A stretch of 60,432 bases of DNA, the filler included, from Basidioascus undulatus (Eukaryota): NCBI GenBank assembly GCA_000826855.1. It is 4 parts of 4 records of this genome, joined end to end, with 100 filler letters (N's around TTAATTAATTAA, not from the genome) between each part and the next. Parts side by side here need not be neighbours in the genome. Positions count along the whole stretch, not along the records: positions 45,419 to 60,432 come from JTLS01000670.1; 3 more parts are not named here. One strand, written 5' to 3'. This document shows, piece by piece, positions 47,485 to 57,905 of the stretch. Both the position numbers and the translations under genes were made by a program. The notes beneath the pieces are model-generated. The model ran no database searches and was not told where the DNA came from. It worked only from the letters and a program-made list of their open reading frames with translations. Positions within the stretch are counted from its first letter, which is position 1, and every line of letters begins with the position of its first letter.

Positions 47485-49172
47485 ATGTCTGCAACGGAAG
47501 TACTATCCCAGCCGGTCGAGCTGCAGGTCATTCACAGCGAGGGACCCGAGTCGGACGGCTTCGACGCGGAGCAGGCTCACGGCGAGTGCGCCGGAGGCAT
47601 CGGAGACACAGCTTGTTGATGAGGACGTTGTGGAATACCCTGAGGGAGGGTGAGTACTTGTGCGATCCAATATGTTGAAACAGTGAGCTGGTCATCGCTT
47701 CGAATAGATATGGATAGGTGAAGCGTATTGCAGACTGCTTTGAAGTGTTCGAAGCTCAAATTTTCACATGGACAGGTCGTAGTGGCCGGCAACGCCACCG
47801 TCTTCTTCGTCTTCCTCGGGCTGACCTACAGTCTGTCCCTCCTCCCTTCCCATCCTCCCTCTCCCCTGCTAACCTTCTCTCCAACCTCAGGCTGGGGTGT
47901 GATCCAATTCCGCCTCGCGGCCGACGCCCTCGCGCCCGCCTCCACGCTCGCCTTCGTCGGGTCCACCGGGGCGATCATAGCCCTCTCACAGGAACGATCG
48001 CCTCGCAGCTCTTGCGCAGATTCGGGAACTCGAAGGTCGGGCTTGTGGGCGGGGCGCTTGTTGGGCTGGGCACGCTGTGCGTGGGGTTCGCGACGAAGAG
48101 CGTGCTTGGCCTGTTTGTTACGCAGGGAGTGGTTTTTGGGGTGGGGAGCTCGGCTTGCTTTATGGTGCGTTGTTTGAGGTGGTGAAACAAGTGGTTGCTG
48201 ATATTAGTGGGGAGGGATGACAATCCGCTGCACCTCTTGCGAGCGAGTACTTCCAACGACGCCGTGGCCTCGCGACGGGCTTGGTCTACGCTGGGGGTGG
48301 TGAGGGAAGCGGTCATTTCGTGCGTGGGTTCCAACGCGATCCCAAAAGGAATGTCACACTGAAATACAGCATATCAAGTCTTTCGATGGACGCTTTACTC
48401 GATCGCTTCGGAGTCGCCTGACTTTCCGCCTTCTCGGGCTCCTCTCCCTCGCAGTCATCCTGCCCGCCGATTCTGTCTCCTAATGCTTCTCGTACGTCTC
48501 TCACCCCCACCCACCGCACTCAGCTCATCTCCCCGCACCCCGCAGGCATCCCTCGCGGTCTTCTTCCTCTTCTGCCCTCTCTTCTTCCTGCCCCTCTACG
48601 CGCGCGCTATAGGTCTAAGCACCTTCTACGGCGCGGGCCTTCTAGCAGGGTGGAACCTGTCCTCCACTATGGGGCGGATCGGCTTCAGGGTCTTGGCCGA
48701 CACGCTGCTCGTGCCCGTCAACGCGCTCTTCCTCGCCCTCCTCGTCGCGAGCGTGTCCACCCTCGCACTCTGGCCTATGTCCGCGACGCTCGCACCCCTG
48801 CGCGGGTTTGTTGTCCTCAATGGAATGGGCGCGGGAGGATTCTTCTCGCTTACGCCGACGGTGCTGGCGAGCGTGTTTAAGAACGCGAATGTCGGCACTC
48901 GGGATGGTCATCACTTGCTGGAGCGCGGGGTACTTCTTGGTTCGTCCGATCCTCGGTTCTCTGCTATAGCCCGAGCTGCGGAGGACTCACCTGGTGCATC
49001 ATAGGGCGCGCCTATCGCGGGATACATCTCCACGCATACGGCGGCGCTGAGGCAGGCATGCAAGCCTTCCGGCCGGCCGATCTACTATGCGGGCTCCATA
49101 GCCCTCGCCAGCGGCGGCCTGGTGTTGGCCATGCGATTCATGGCAAGCAGCAAGCTTCTGAAGCGGATCTGA
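47485..49172 (+). pseudogene. MFS monocarboxylate permease (MCH/MCT) pseudogene
   Basis: EYPEGG|YG* (TAG at 47715 where YGW is expected), TY|SWGVIQ, LFVTQGVVFGVGSS, QYFQRRRGLATGL, GRIGF..LAD, GAPIAG. Several frameshifts. Confidence 0.85.
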
Positions 49173-49516
49173 AATTCCATCCCTCTTCTTTTGCGGATAG
49201 ACCGCTGGACGGAGTTCGTCACTCTTCTGCTCGGATAGAAACTGCACGCTACTTCGCGCTCCCTCGCGCAATGAAAGCTCTATCAACGTGAAAGCTTGCA
49301 TGTGCAGGCTAGTCCGTTGCATGATAAAACGAAGAGTCAAAACATCGAAAACGAGTTCGCTGCCATTGGCCGATGGCTCCAAAATGCCTCACGAGAACTC
49401 CACCCAGTTCAATAAGGTTCGCGTTCTCCCTGGCGTGGTCATCGATGAGATTTCACCCAAGCTTCCTTTCACACCTTAAACTCATTCTACGCTATATCTG
49501 CAACGTCGTCCACGCG

Positions 49517-50563
49517 ATGCCACCTTTCCCGCTCCTCTCTCTCCCCTCCGAGATTCTCGTCCACATCTGCGACCACCTCCCCTCGCTCGCCGACTGCCTC
49601 GCGCTGTCCAGGACCTGTCGACGACTTCAACTCCTTTGTCGCGATGGCTTCATCGTACGTCGGCTGAACGGGTTCGGATTCGGCGTGCCCCTTCTCTTCC
49701 GCGACGAGTACCATGCCCTGCCCAGCGCGGCTCGCACGGCTTTGGCTCAGCTGGCCCTACCACGCTGCGGTAGCGACTGCGAAGTCTGCCAACAGCGCAA
49801 ATTCGGTAGGTAGCCTTCACTCTAAAATATGCCCCGTGCGCTTACCTGACTTACGGGCGTTCTCGCCAGACCACCCGCAGCGCCTGGCACCGCTGCTCTC
49901 AGCCGCGACCGTGGCGGAGAACAAGATCCCGCTCGTCCTGCACTCCTTCTTCCACCCGCATTCCGACTTCGAGGCGCACTTTTCAATATTTCTCGATGAC
50001 ACCCGTCCATCCTGGATCTACGTTGACCTCGATGCTCTGGTCTATCACCCGGAGCATGGCGCGTATCAATTGGACGAGCGCAGCTGCCCTCTCGTTCAGC
50101 ATATTCCCCTTGCCGCCTCTCTCGCTACCGCTCCGCCAGTCTACGAGATCGAGATCCTTATTAGACACATCGGCGTAGGGGCGTGCTTCAGAAGCGCTGT
50201 GAGCAACGAGACGGGAGTAACTGTGCTCGACGTCTGCATGGGCATCCACAAGACGTGCGTGATCCGACGATTGACTCACTTTCCTCAGATGTCCCGCTCA
50301 CGTATTCACTCTGTTGTCAGGCTGGAGGTCCCTCTGTCCGATGCGGAGCTTCCCGCTTACAGAAGCGTCTCCGGCATCTCGCACTCCCCCCGCGTGGTCC
50401 CGCGAAAGATCATGTTCGAAAACATGTCCGTCTCCGTCTCTTATTTGAAAATATCTTCAAGTCCATTCACTGAAGTGAAAATTGCAGGGGTGTCGATCGC
50501 ATCAAGCTCTCGGATGAAGGGTCTGCTACCGTGGAGGTGGAATGGAGTCAGCATGCATGGTGA
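49517..50563 (+). CDS. F-box protein, spliced, apparently intact
   Basis: LLSLPSEILVHICDHLPSLADCLALSRTCRRL. Three introns join in frame. C-terminal ATAPPVYEI..GVTVLDV. Confidence 0.78.
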
Positions 50564-50699
50564 TCATATTGCATACCGACTGAGAGAAGACTTCAAGTGT
50601 TAAAACGATTCCGAGTTGAAGTGTATGGTATCTTCCGAAATGCGGCGCCGCTTGCGCACAGGCTGCATCTAGGCCTGTTCGGACCCATACGCATTATTG

Positions 50700-51120
50700 T
50701 ATGTGTGAATGGTTAGTACAGACCTGAGGAACCCCAAGGGTGCAGTCGCGTCCAAAAATGCGGAAATGGTGGCAGATTTCATGGCTCTCTTTCCGTATTT
50801 TCCCTCTATCACCAACATAGTGCACGCCAGTTCGTAGCTCAGCCAGTCCCTGTCAGACGGCACGGATAAAATCTGCCTGGGACGGGCTGAGGTTTTTTCA
50901 TCCAATGCATTGTCGCCCAAGATCGAGAAACGCTGGAATAAATGAGAATAGACCCGAAGAGGGATCTCCCAACCCTCCAAGTACTGTCTTTCTGCCGTAC
51001 AAGCGGGTCCCCAAGGTCGGGTTGTCGTTGCCCTCTGTCACGTCGGTGGACGTTATCGGCGATGCATAGCGGAGGTTAGAAGTTTTTGAAAGCATTGAGA
51101 TCCATTTTTCTCTGAAGTTT
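50700..51120 (-). pseudogene. Fragmentary relic of an unclassified fungal protein gene
   Basis: Frameshifted RLYGRK / IPLRVYSHLFQRF..YELACTM..AFL, ending at a splice-donor-like site. Confidence 0.3.
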
Positions 51121-51545
51121 CGGTGGACCGAGCTGGGAAGAAGGAAGGCAGAGTCTGCCAGAAGACATGTCCGGCTCGCAGCCCACAGGCTCGGTCCCGA
51201 TTGCCTGGCCGTCGCTGATCCACGTGTGGCTCATGAAGGGAGAGTGGATGTTGGTTGTCAGTTGTTACATTTGTTTGAAATATCATGGTTCATGGTATTG
51301 ATGGCATGCCCCTCTCGCGTATGCGCCTGAGATGCCTAGCTGAGTACACGCGTGAAAGTCACAGCCGAGTCACTCTAAACTGCCTCACAAACAAAGATGC
51401 AATGCAGCCAAGGAAGCGTTCATAGCGTGATATAGCCAGATCCCCTCGAACAGTACCACCACGTCCTAGTGGGGCTCAGCTCCTGGCGCCCGATATCCCG
51501 ACATGTCCCACAGCGTCCCGCGGACAGCCTGCTCGACGGATCCAA

Positions 51546-52353
51546 TCACTCAAGTCGCTGTCCCAGACTTCTGACGCTTCCCACGGCGTCGAGACCCACC
51601 CTGTCCGCTAACAGCTCCCCTAACCCGACACGCAGCTCGTCAAACTGCTCCGGCAACGCGGCGCCTGTTCCAACATTCACGACCAGGCCAACGCGCTCCA
51701 GCGCCGATGTACCATCAACTGAGAGCATGAAATCGCGCAATTTGCTCAAACGCTTGTACGCATGCGAACCCACTACAAAGTGTGTCAGCGCGGGTGTGGG
51801 CTCTGCCCAGTACTTCCAAAGCAAGACGTCCCAGCGATGAGCATACGGGTGAGCGATCCTCTGGCATTTGGGGTAGCCGAGGGCAAGACACAAGAACGAG
51901 TCTACCCATTCTCCGACATACTCCTCCAGCCCGACGGCTTCCTGAAGGATCTGACTGAATAGAGCCAGATCTACTCCCGAAAGCCATTTTGGGTAGCTTG
52001 TCACGAGGCGCCGGACATTTGGAGCAACCGCATCGAGAATGGTTCGGAGATCCTTTCCGTAGAGGATACACAGACTGAGGCGTGTCATAAGGTGGGCGCG
52101 TGAAGCGGAGCCCGATCGAGTAGACGTGCTTCGCCAGGTCATGCCGAGTCCCAAAATCGAGCGAGACGGATCTGGCGTGCACCAATGCGGTATACTATCG
52201 AGCCATAGAGATGGGGTGCAGGTCTTTCGAGACGAGGCAGAGCGCTGCGAGCGTGGCAGAGTGACGGGCGTACGCGAGGGGCAGGGACGGCGCGGAGACT
52301 TCGCCGATGTTGAGCGCAAGGATGTCGGCCGGGGGCTTGGGACTGCGAGACAT
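51546..52353 (-). pseudogene. F-box-like pseudogene
   Basis: PPADILALNIGEV..ATLAALCLVSKDLHPISMAR then TAG. The remainder lies in shifted frames (LAKHVYSI; APNVRRL; ALERVGL). Confidence 0.65.
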
Positions 52354-52703
52354 GTCGGAAATATGAAGAATCGCTACGATCGTGAGGCAGTGAAGGAGCG
52401 ATTGGCTATTGGAGGAAGTGGACAAGGGATAAGAGGGCTGTGGAACACGGAACAATCCGTCTACCGTAACTCCAGCACCATCCGCCGAAGTATGAAGCCG
52501 CAGTACTTCAGAGCGTTCTGGGTCATTTGCAAGAGCCTATGAACATCGCCTAATTAAGAAGAGTTAGAGGTGTGCCTGGCATGGCTTGACACGCTTTGAC
52601 AGATCCAAGTCGTCGACTGCGCGCTGCCTAGCCGAGAATACAACAGACACCCAGCACCGTTGTCGAGTCCATGCAGCTCCACTCACTCATCCGCTCCAGC
52701 GGT

Positions 52704-53696
52704 CTATGTTCCCCTCTCTCCATCCACCGCACCCAGATACTCCTCCTCCTCATCCTCGCGCATCGCCTTCCCGAGCGTCCCGCCCGGATGGTGCATCCCA
52801 AACGTTTCCCTCCCCAGTCCCTTGCACCTCGTCACTGCTACCGCCAGCGCGTCCCCGACCGCTAGGGCCACCGTAGTGCTGCACGTGGGGGCAGGGACCT
52901 CGTCCCATGCTTCTCCCCCGTCCCCGCACCCGCCGTCGACCCACACGTCCGCCGCGCGTGCAAGCGCGCTCGTCGCGCTCCTGCAGAGCGCGATGAGGCG
53001 CGTTTGACGCCGCCTGAAGTGCGGGAGGAGGGAGAGCAGCTCGGGGGTGGAGCCGGAGTAGGAGAGCGCGAGGATTATGTCGGAGGTGGGAGTGACGGCG
53101 CCTAGGTCGCCGTGCAGCGCGTCGGTGGGGGAGAGGTAGAAGGAGGGCGTGCCGAGGGAGAGGAAGGTCGCTGTGAGCTTGCGGGCGATGATGCCTGCGT
53201 GTATCCAAAGCGAAGTGCACACACAAAGTGAGCTTGACAGGAAGAGGAAAAGGCAGACAAAGCGACGCCACGCACCAGACTTGCCCACACCCGTCACGAC
53301 CACCTTCCCCCTCCCCCTCCGTCCCGGCCCCGTCGCGCGAACAATCAGCTCCACGGCCCTCCTGAACCCGTCCGCCTCCTTCCCCCGCCGTCTCAGCCGC
53401 GCCGCAGCGAGCGCGAGCGCACGCGCCTCGCGCTCGATAACCTCCAGGCCGAATGCCAGCGGGTCTTCTGCGTAGTCGAGGTCGAGCACGGGCGGCGCGT
53501 CGCGCGTGTGGAGCGGGTAGGTGAAGGGCGAGGAGGAGTCTGAAGGCGTGTAGGCTTCGGAGGAGGAGGAGGAGGCAGAGGAGAACGACGAGAAGCTCGA
53601 CTCGAGGGGCGGGCACGGGGAAGCCTTCGGATCGGACGAGGGGAGGATGAGCGTCTGCAGCTCGGTTGGGACGAGGGTATGCGCGTAGTGGGCCAT
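52704..53696 (-). CDS. SIS-domain sugar-phosphate isomerase, KpsF/GutQ/KdsD family, without CBS domains; one 81-nt intron (53195..53275)
   Basis: GKVVVTGVGKSG|IIARKLTATFLSLGTPSFYLSPTDALHGDLG, LALSYSGSTPEL, APTCSTTVALAVGDALA, FGMHHPGGTLG. Confidence 0.9.
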   Translation of the reverse strand: MAHYAHTLVPTELQTLILPSSDPKASPCPPLESSFSSFSSASSSSSEAYTPSDSSSPFTYPLHTRDAPPVLDLDYAEDPLAFGLEVIEREARALALAAARLRRRGKEADGFRRAVELIVRATGPGRRGRGKVVVTGVGKSGAWRRFVCLFLFLSSSLCVCTSLWIHAGIIARKLTATFLSLGTPSFYLSPTDALHGDLGAVTPTSDIILALSYSGSTPELLSLLPHFRRRQTRLIALCRSATSALARAADVWVDGGCGDGGEAWDEVPAPTCSTTVALAVGDALAVAVTRCKGLGRETFGMHHPGGTLGKAMREDEEEEYLGAVDGERGT

Positions 53697-54357
53697 GCTT
53701 CTGTCGAAATGATATGCGGGGTATTATGTGGTTGCGGTGATGATGGTGGTGGTCGATAAAGGCGGGGTTCCCCAAGGCGCACAGGGAAAAGTGGGCGAGG
53801 AAGACGCAGGCGCAGCAAGGTCGAGCCGAACAGACGCGGCGCACGTGATGACATTAACGGCTTGCGCGATTGCCATCTGCGATCGCGAGCGGCTTATCTC
53901 GCGTGCATATTAACGTAACACGGTTGCACATCAGGCGATGGTCGGCCTTGTCCCTCAGCTCCACGAATTTCTAGAGATCGCGATGCTGACATCCTCCTCG
54001 TCCACGGCCATCTCATGGATCGGGAGGAGGAGGATGCCTTCTCAAGGAAGTTTTGTCAGGAACGCGAGCCGCACGTTTCCGTTAGATTTCCATGTGAAAA
54101 AGCCGATGGTGGAGGTAGAGTACGTAAGCCGATACGATGTTCAAGTTGCCTTGCCTTGCTTGCTTTCCCCAAAGCCTTTCACTGTTGTTCATGATGGTGC
54201 AACGGTTGTCGCACGGCATAAGAGAGAGAGCAAGTGTTTCTCTCTTTCGATCGAACCATAGCCGAGAGCGTACGTTGTGCGGCCGCCGTATCGAAGTCTC
54301 CGTGACGGAAGCACGCGCTCGCCATCCTCGATAGCGTGCGTGCGCTCTTCATCGCCG

Positions 54358-55540
54358 ATGCTCGCAGCTCGCTCAACAACGCATATCCTACCTACTCTCG
54401 GGCCTTTCAAAGGTCACTGCGATCATGTCCCTTCTATTTCGAAGGACGAGTTTGTTGCGCGGCAGGACGCGCTGGCTGCGTATTTGGACGAGGTGGGTGG
54501 GGCGAGCGCGTACATTTCGGAGCCATCCGGCAAGTGAGTCTGGTTCGAACCGAATCTGCTCAATCTGACCTGCTGCTGATGGTGTTAGAGGCGTTACCCG
54601 AAGCTCGCATTACTACGTGTGAGGAATACATCCAGCGACAGCCAGTTTCGGGGCAAACTCACCGCCCTCTCCTTCCGCAGGAACGTCTCCCGCCGGGACT
54701 GGTCTCTCTCCGAGCGACCCTTCTTCCTCATCTTCGCTCGCTCCAACACCTCAGCAGAAGGTGCTCAAACCCCTCCCCTCCCCTCCACCACCTTCTCCCG
54801 AGAACCATCCGTTGACCCACATCCATTTCTAGCCAGGACAGCAATCCTCGCCCCATCATTCGAGTCCTCCCGCGCCTTGCTACTCTCCTAAGGGGCGCGT
54901 GGGGTAGAGTTCGCCCTTTGGCTGGAGGAGAGAACCCGTACGAAGTCGCCCTGCGGTGGATTCTGTCGACGGCTGGCGAGGGGGGGGGGAAGCGGGGGAA
55001 GGTGTTTGTGGATGAGGAGACGAGTGTGCTTGTTTTCCAGGGACTGAAGGAGGTGCATGTTCCTTGTGACGGAGAGGTGAAAGAGAGTTACTCAACGATA
55101 AGATGAGGGGGTGAACAGGCTGCCGCAGCACTCGAGCCAAACTTGAAATCGCTTTCGCCCCGCCCCCCATCCTCTCCCAGCGCGACCGCAAGTCCCCCGC
55201 CGAGCTGGCCTTCCTGCGATGCGCTAATGAGGTGCGTCCTTCAGCATCCCCTCCTCCTCTTCCCCTCCTTCCCTCCTTCCCTCCTTCCCTCCTTCCCTCC
55301 TTCCCTCCTTCCCTCCTTCCCTCCTTCTCTCCTGCTACCCAACCCCAACCCCTCTCAAGACTCACCAAACCGAACCCAGCAGGCGACCCTCTCCATTATC
55401 CAGCACTTCCGCTCGCAGACGCGCACCGGCGACTCGAGGTCCGGGATTCCATGGTCGCTGCGCACCGCGCGGCGGGGTTTGAGGACGTCTGGGTCCTCGT
55501 GCTTGTTTGGCGAGGCCGGGCCGTTTGTGAATCCACGAGC
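54358..55540 (+). pseudogene. M24 (Xaa-Pro peptidase/creatinase-like) pseudogene, catalytic half missing
   Basis: HCDHVPSISKDEFVARQDALA..AYISEPSG, WSLSERPF, LAPSFESSRA, RDRKSPAELAFLRCANE|ATL. Stops and frameshifts; similarity ends near LFGE. Confidence 0.78.
55246..55330 (+). repeat. Intronic (CCCTCCTT)n polypyrimidine microsatellite
   Basis: Tandem CCCTCCTT units read directly. Confidence 0.9.
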
Positions 55541-56748
55541 ATCACAAAGGCCCAATTCTCCTGTTCTATCCGGGGTAGTTCATCACATTGGGCTGTATGA
55601 ACAGGCAATCTGCATGATGCGTCTTAGCGCGATGCATTGCACTGCACCGGTCCCCTTGTTCCAAGTCCGGTACAATGTGCACATGGTCATAGCTTGCCAC
55701 TGCTGGTTATTTTTCTCTCAACAAGCACTGCTTCTGATTTGGAGAGCCGCTCGCATCGGCAGGATGAAGCGGCAGCTACGAGCGGCCGCCTCAGCCTTTC
55801 CTGGCCACGAGTTAGCAAACCACGTAGAATAAATGCCCCATAGGGCTGAATGATATGCTAGCAGAAGTGTGGCATGGATTCAATCGACCAGGATCGCATG
55901 GTAACCTGCCGATGCTTGATCGCATCGCTATGGAGCCAACTGCAAGTCCGGCGGCTCCGACGCCACCGCGGCTGCGAGGCGACGACAACCCCATACACAA
56001 CCAACACAATATTCTGTTTCTAGATCGACTTAAGACCCTTAACGGGTTGAAGAGAGCCATATCAGGTTGGAGAACGGCAGGAAACGCATGAACCAGGTGG
56101 TCCCAAAGTGCTTGGACATCGCTAACGGCGGTCAAAGCTATATCGGCACGACTCACACAACCATACGACTGTCGCCCAAGCTAGCCACCAATAATGCTTT
56201 TAAACGTGCGCTTACTGCACTGAGTGAAGGAGGCGGACGGCCGAGACATTTACGAATGTTGGAGCTGGCACAAGTCCCGCTCCAAGTCTTCCATGTGGTG
56301 AAAAGTTTCCAACTCTTTTAGGGCGGCTTGTCCATGCGGTCTCGCGCACCCCATACGCTCCCAGCCAAGTGATAATCGGCATTACTTCCAAGGACAGTCT
56401 GACCGGCATGGTAACGTTCCTGTTGCGTTGCTCACAGCTTGCTGCCGAAAAGAGTCGAAGCCTCCGACCCCACCAACTTCTGTGATGAGGAGGGAGGGAC
56501 AGGACGGACGCCGCCGAGGACCAGTACAGGTGCGTGAAGCTTGTTTGTTGACAAACGGAGAGGGCGAGACAGATCGAATAAAGCACTCCTACAGATTCAT
56601 GTCTTCCGTCATCGCAGCCTCACTGTCAACCTACAGCGCCCTCACCGCAAACCAAATCGCTCTTGCCCACGCCCATTACCCACCCTGCCTTCTGTCGCAG
56701 AGTCTCCACTGTCCCCTGTACAACTTAGCCCGCCTGGTCGCATCACCT

Positions 56749-57323
56749 ATGCCTCCTCTTCCATTTCTCTTATCTCCACCCGCGACAGCAACGACCACTG
56801 CATCCGCTACGCCCGCCGTCCCGCCTCCATCCCCTCCCGCTCCGACCGCCGCTCCCGCGTTCACGCATTCCGAAACTACTCCCAAGAAGCGCGTCGCTCC
56901 TTTCGCCCCGCCCCAGTCGCCGCTGAAGCCCAAAAAACATCGCCTTTCCTCACCGCCGCCGATGGCGGAACCCTCACCTGCCTCCGCCCCCTCTCCTTCG
57001 CTACCCGACCTCTCAACGCGGCAGCTCCTCGTCAAGCTCAACTCCGCGTTTCCCGGCCTCCCCTCCTCCCACACACTCTGCGCACACGCCCAAACGCGCA
57101 TTTCGCAGCTCGAGACTCCCTCCGCCAGTCGGAAGAGCGCGCTTCGACGGCCGAGCGGTGGATGGGCTACCTTGCCCTGATGCTTCAGGGTCAGAAGAAT
57201 CTCGTGCGGGGCGTGGAGGAGTTGGAGACCGAGTTACAGGGCGCCAGGGAGCGCGTGAGGGTGTTGGAAGTGGCTCTGGCGGCGTCGGAGGAGGCAAGGC
57301 GGGAGGGGGAGATCTACGACTAA
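56749..57323 (+). CDS. Hypothetical Pro-rich plus coiled-coil protein with one apparent frameshift near 57110
   Basis: ORF to RISQLE continues in another frame as SLRQSEERAS..VEELETELQGARERVRVLEVAL. Confidence 0.5.
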
Positions 57324-57905
57324 GTTGATGAACGGTCTGGAGGGACGGTTTAGGGTATCAGAAAGGAAGCTGTGGGTGGAGAGGGCGCTGAGAAGGGAGA
57401 GAGAGGGGGGACGCGACTGGGTAGAAGTTTTGACGGGCGTAGAGGATCTTGTCGAGAGATGGGCAGAAGATGTGGATATTGATACGCTGTGATTGGTATA
57501 TTAATTCGCTGATTCTGTCTGAGGTTTGCTTTTGACATGGCAACTGCTCGGGTGCAGAGGACTGTGGATGGGATAGCGGGCACCCGGGAAGTTTGGCCCC
57601 GGCATGAGGCTGGACACCTTCGGGTATATGTGATACTGCTCTCTGAGTCAAGCTACCGAACTTCAACGACAGAAAAGGCACGAAACACTTTCAACAAGGC
57701 TGCAGTCCGGCCGTGGGAATTTCTGGGCGTCTTCTCTTTTGGTCACGTGACCTCTCAAGAGTATCTGAGATTTGCCTGTTCGAGCGTCGTCTTCGACTTT
57801 CATCCCCTCTTCAACAAGGCCAGCACCTTGTTTCGAGCGAGGATGAGCGCGGGTACGCCTGTCTTCCGCTCGGACTTCCTTTCGATCAATTCCAGGATCT
57901 GAAGC

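Noticed and set aside
52704..53696. Bacterial contamination or recent horizontal transfer of kpsF
   Set aside because: Spliceosomal intron, host-like codon usage and fungal neighbours.
55600..56500. Coding-like fragments on the minus strand
   Set aside because: Interrupted by stops, with no identifiable family.
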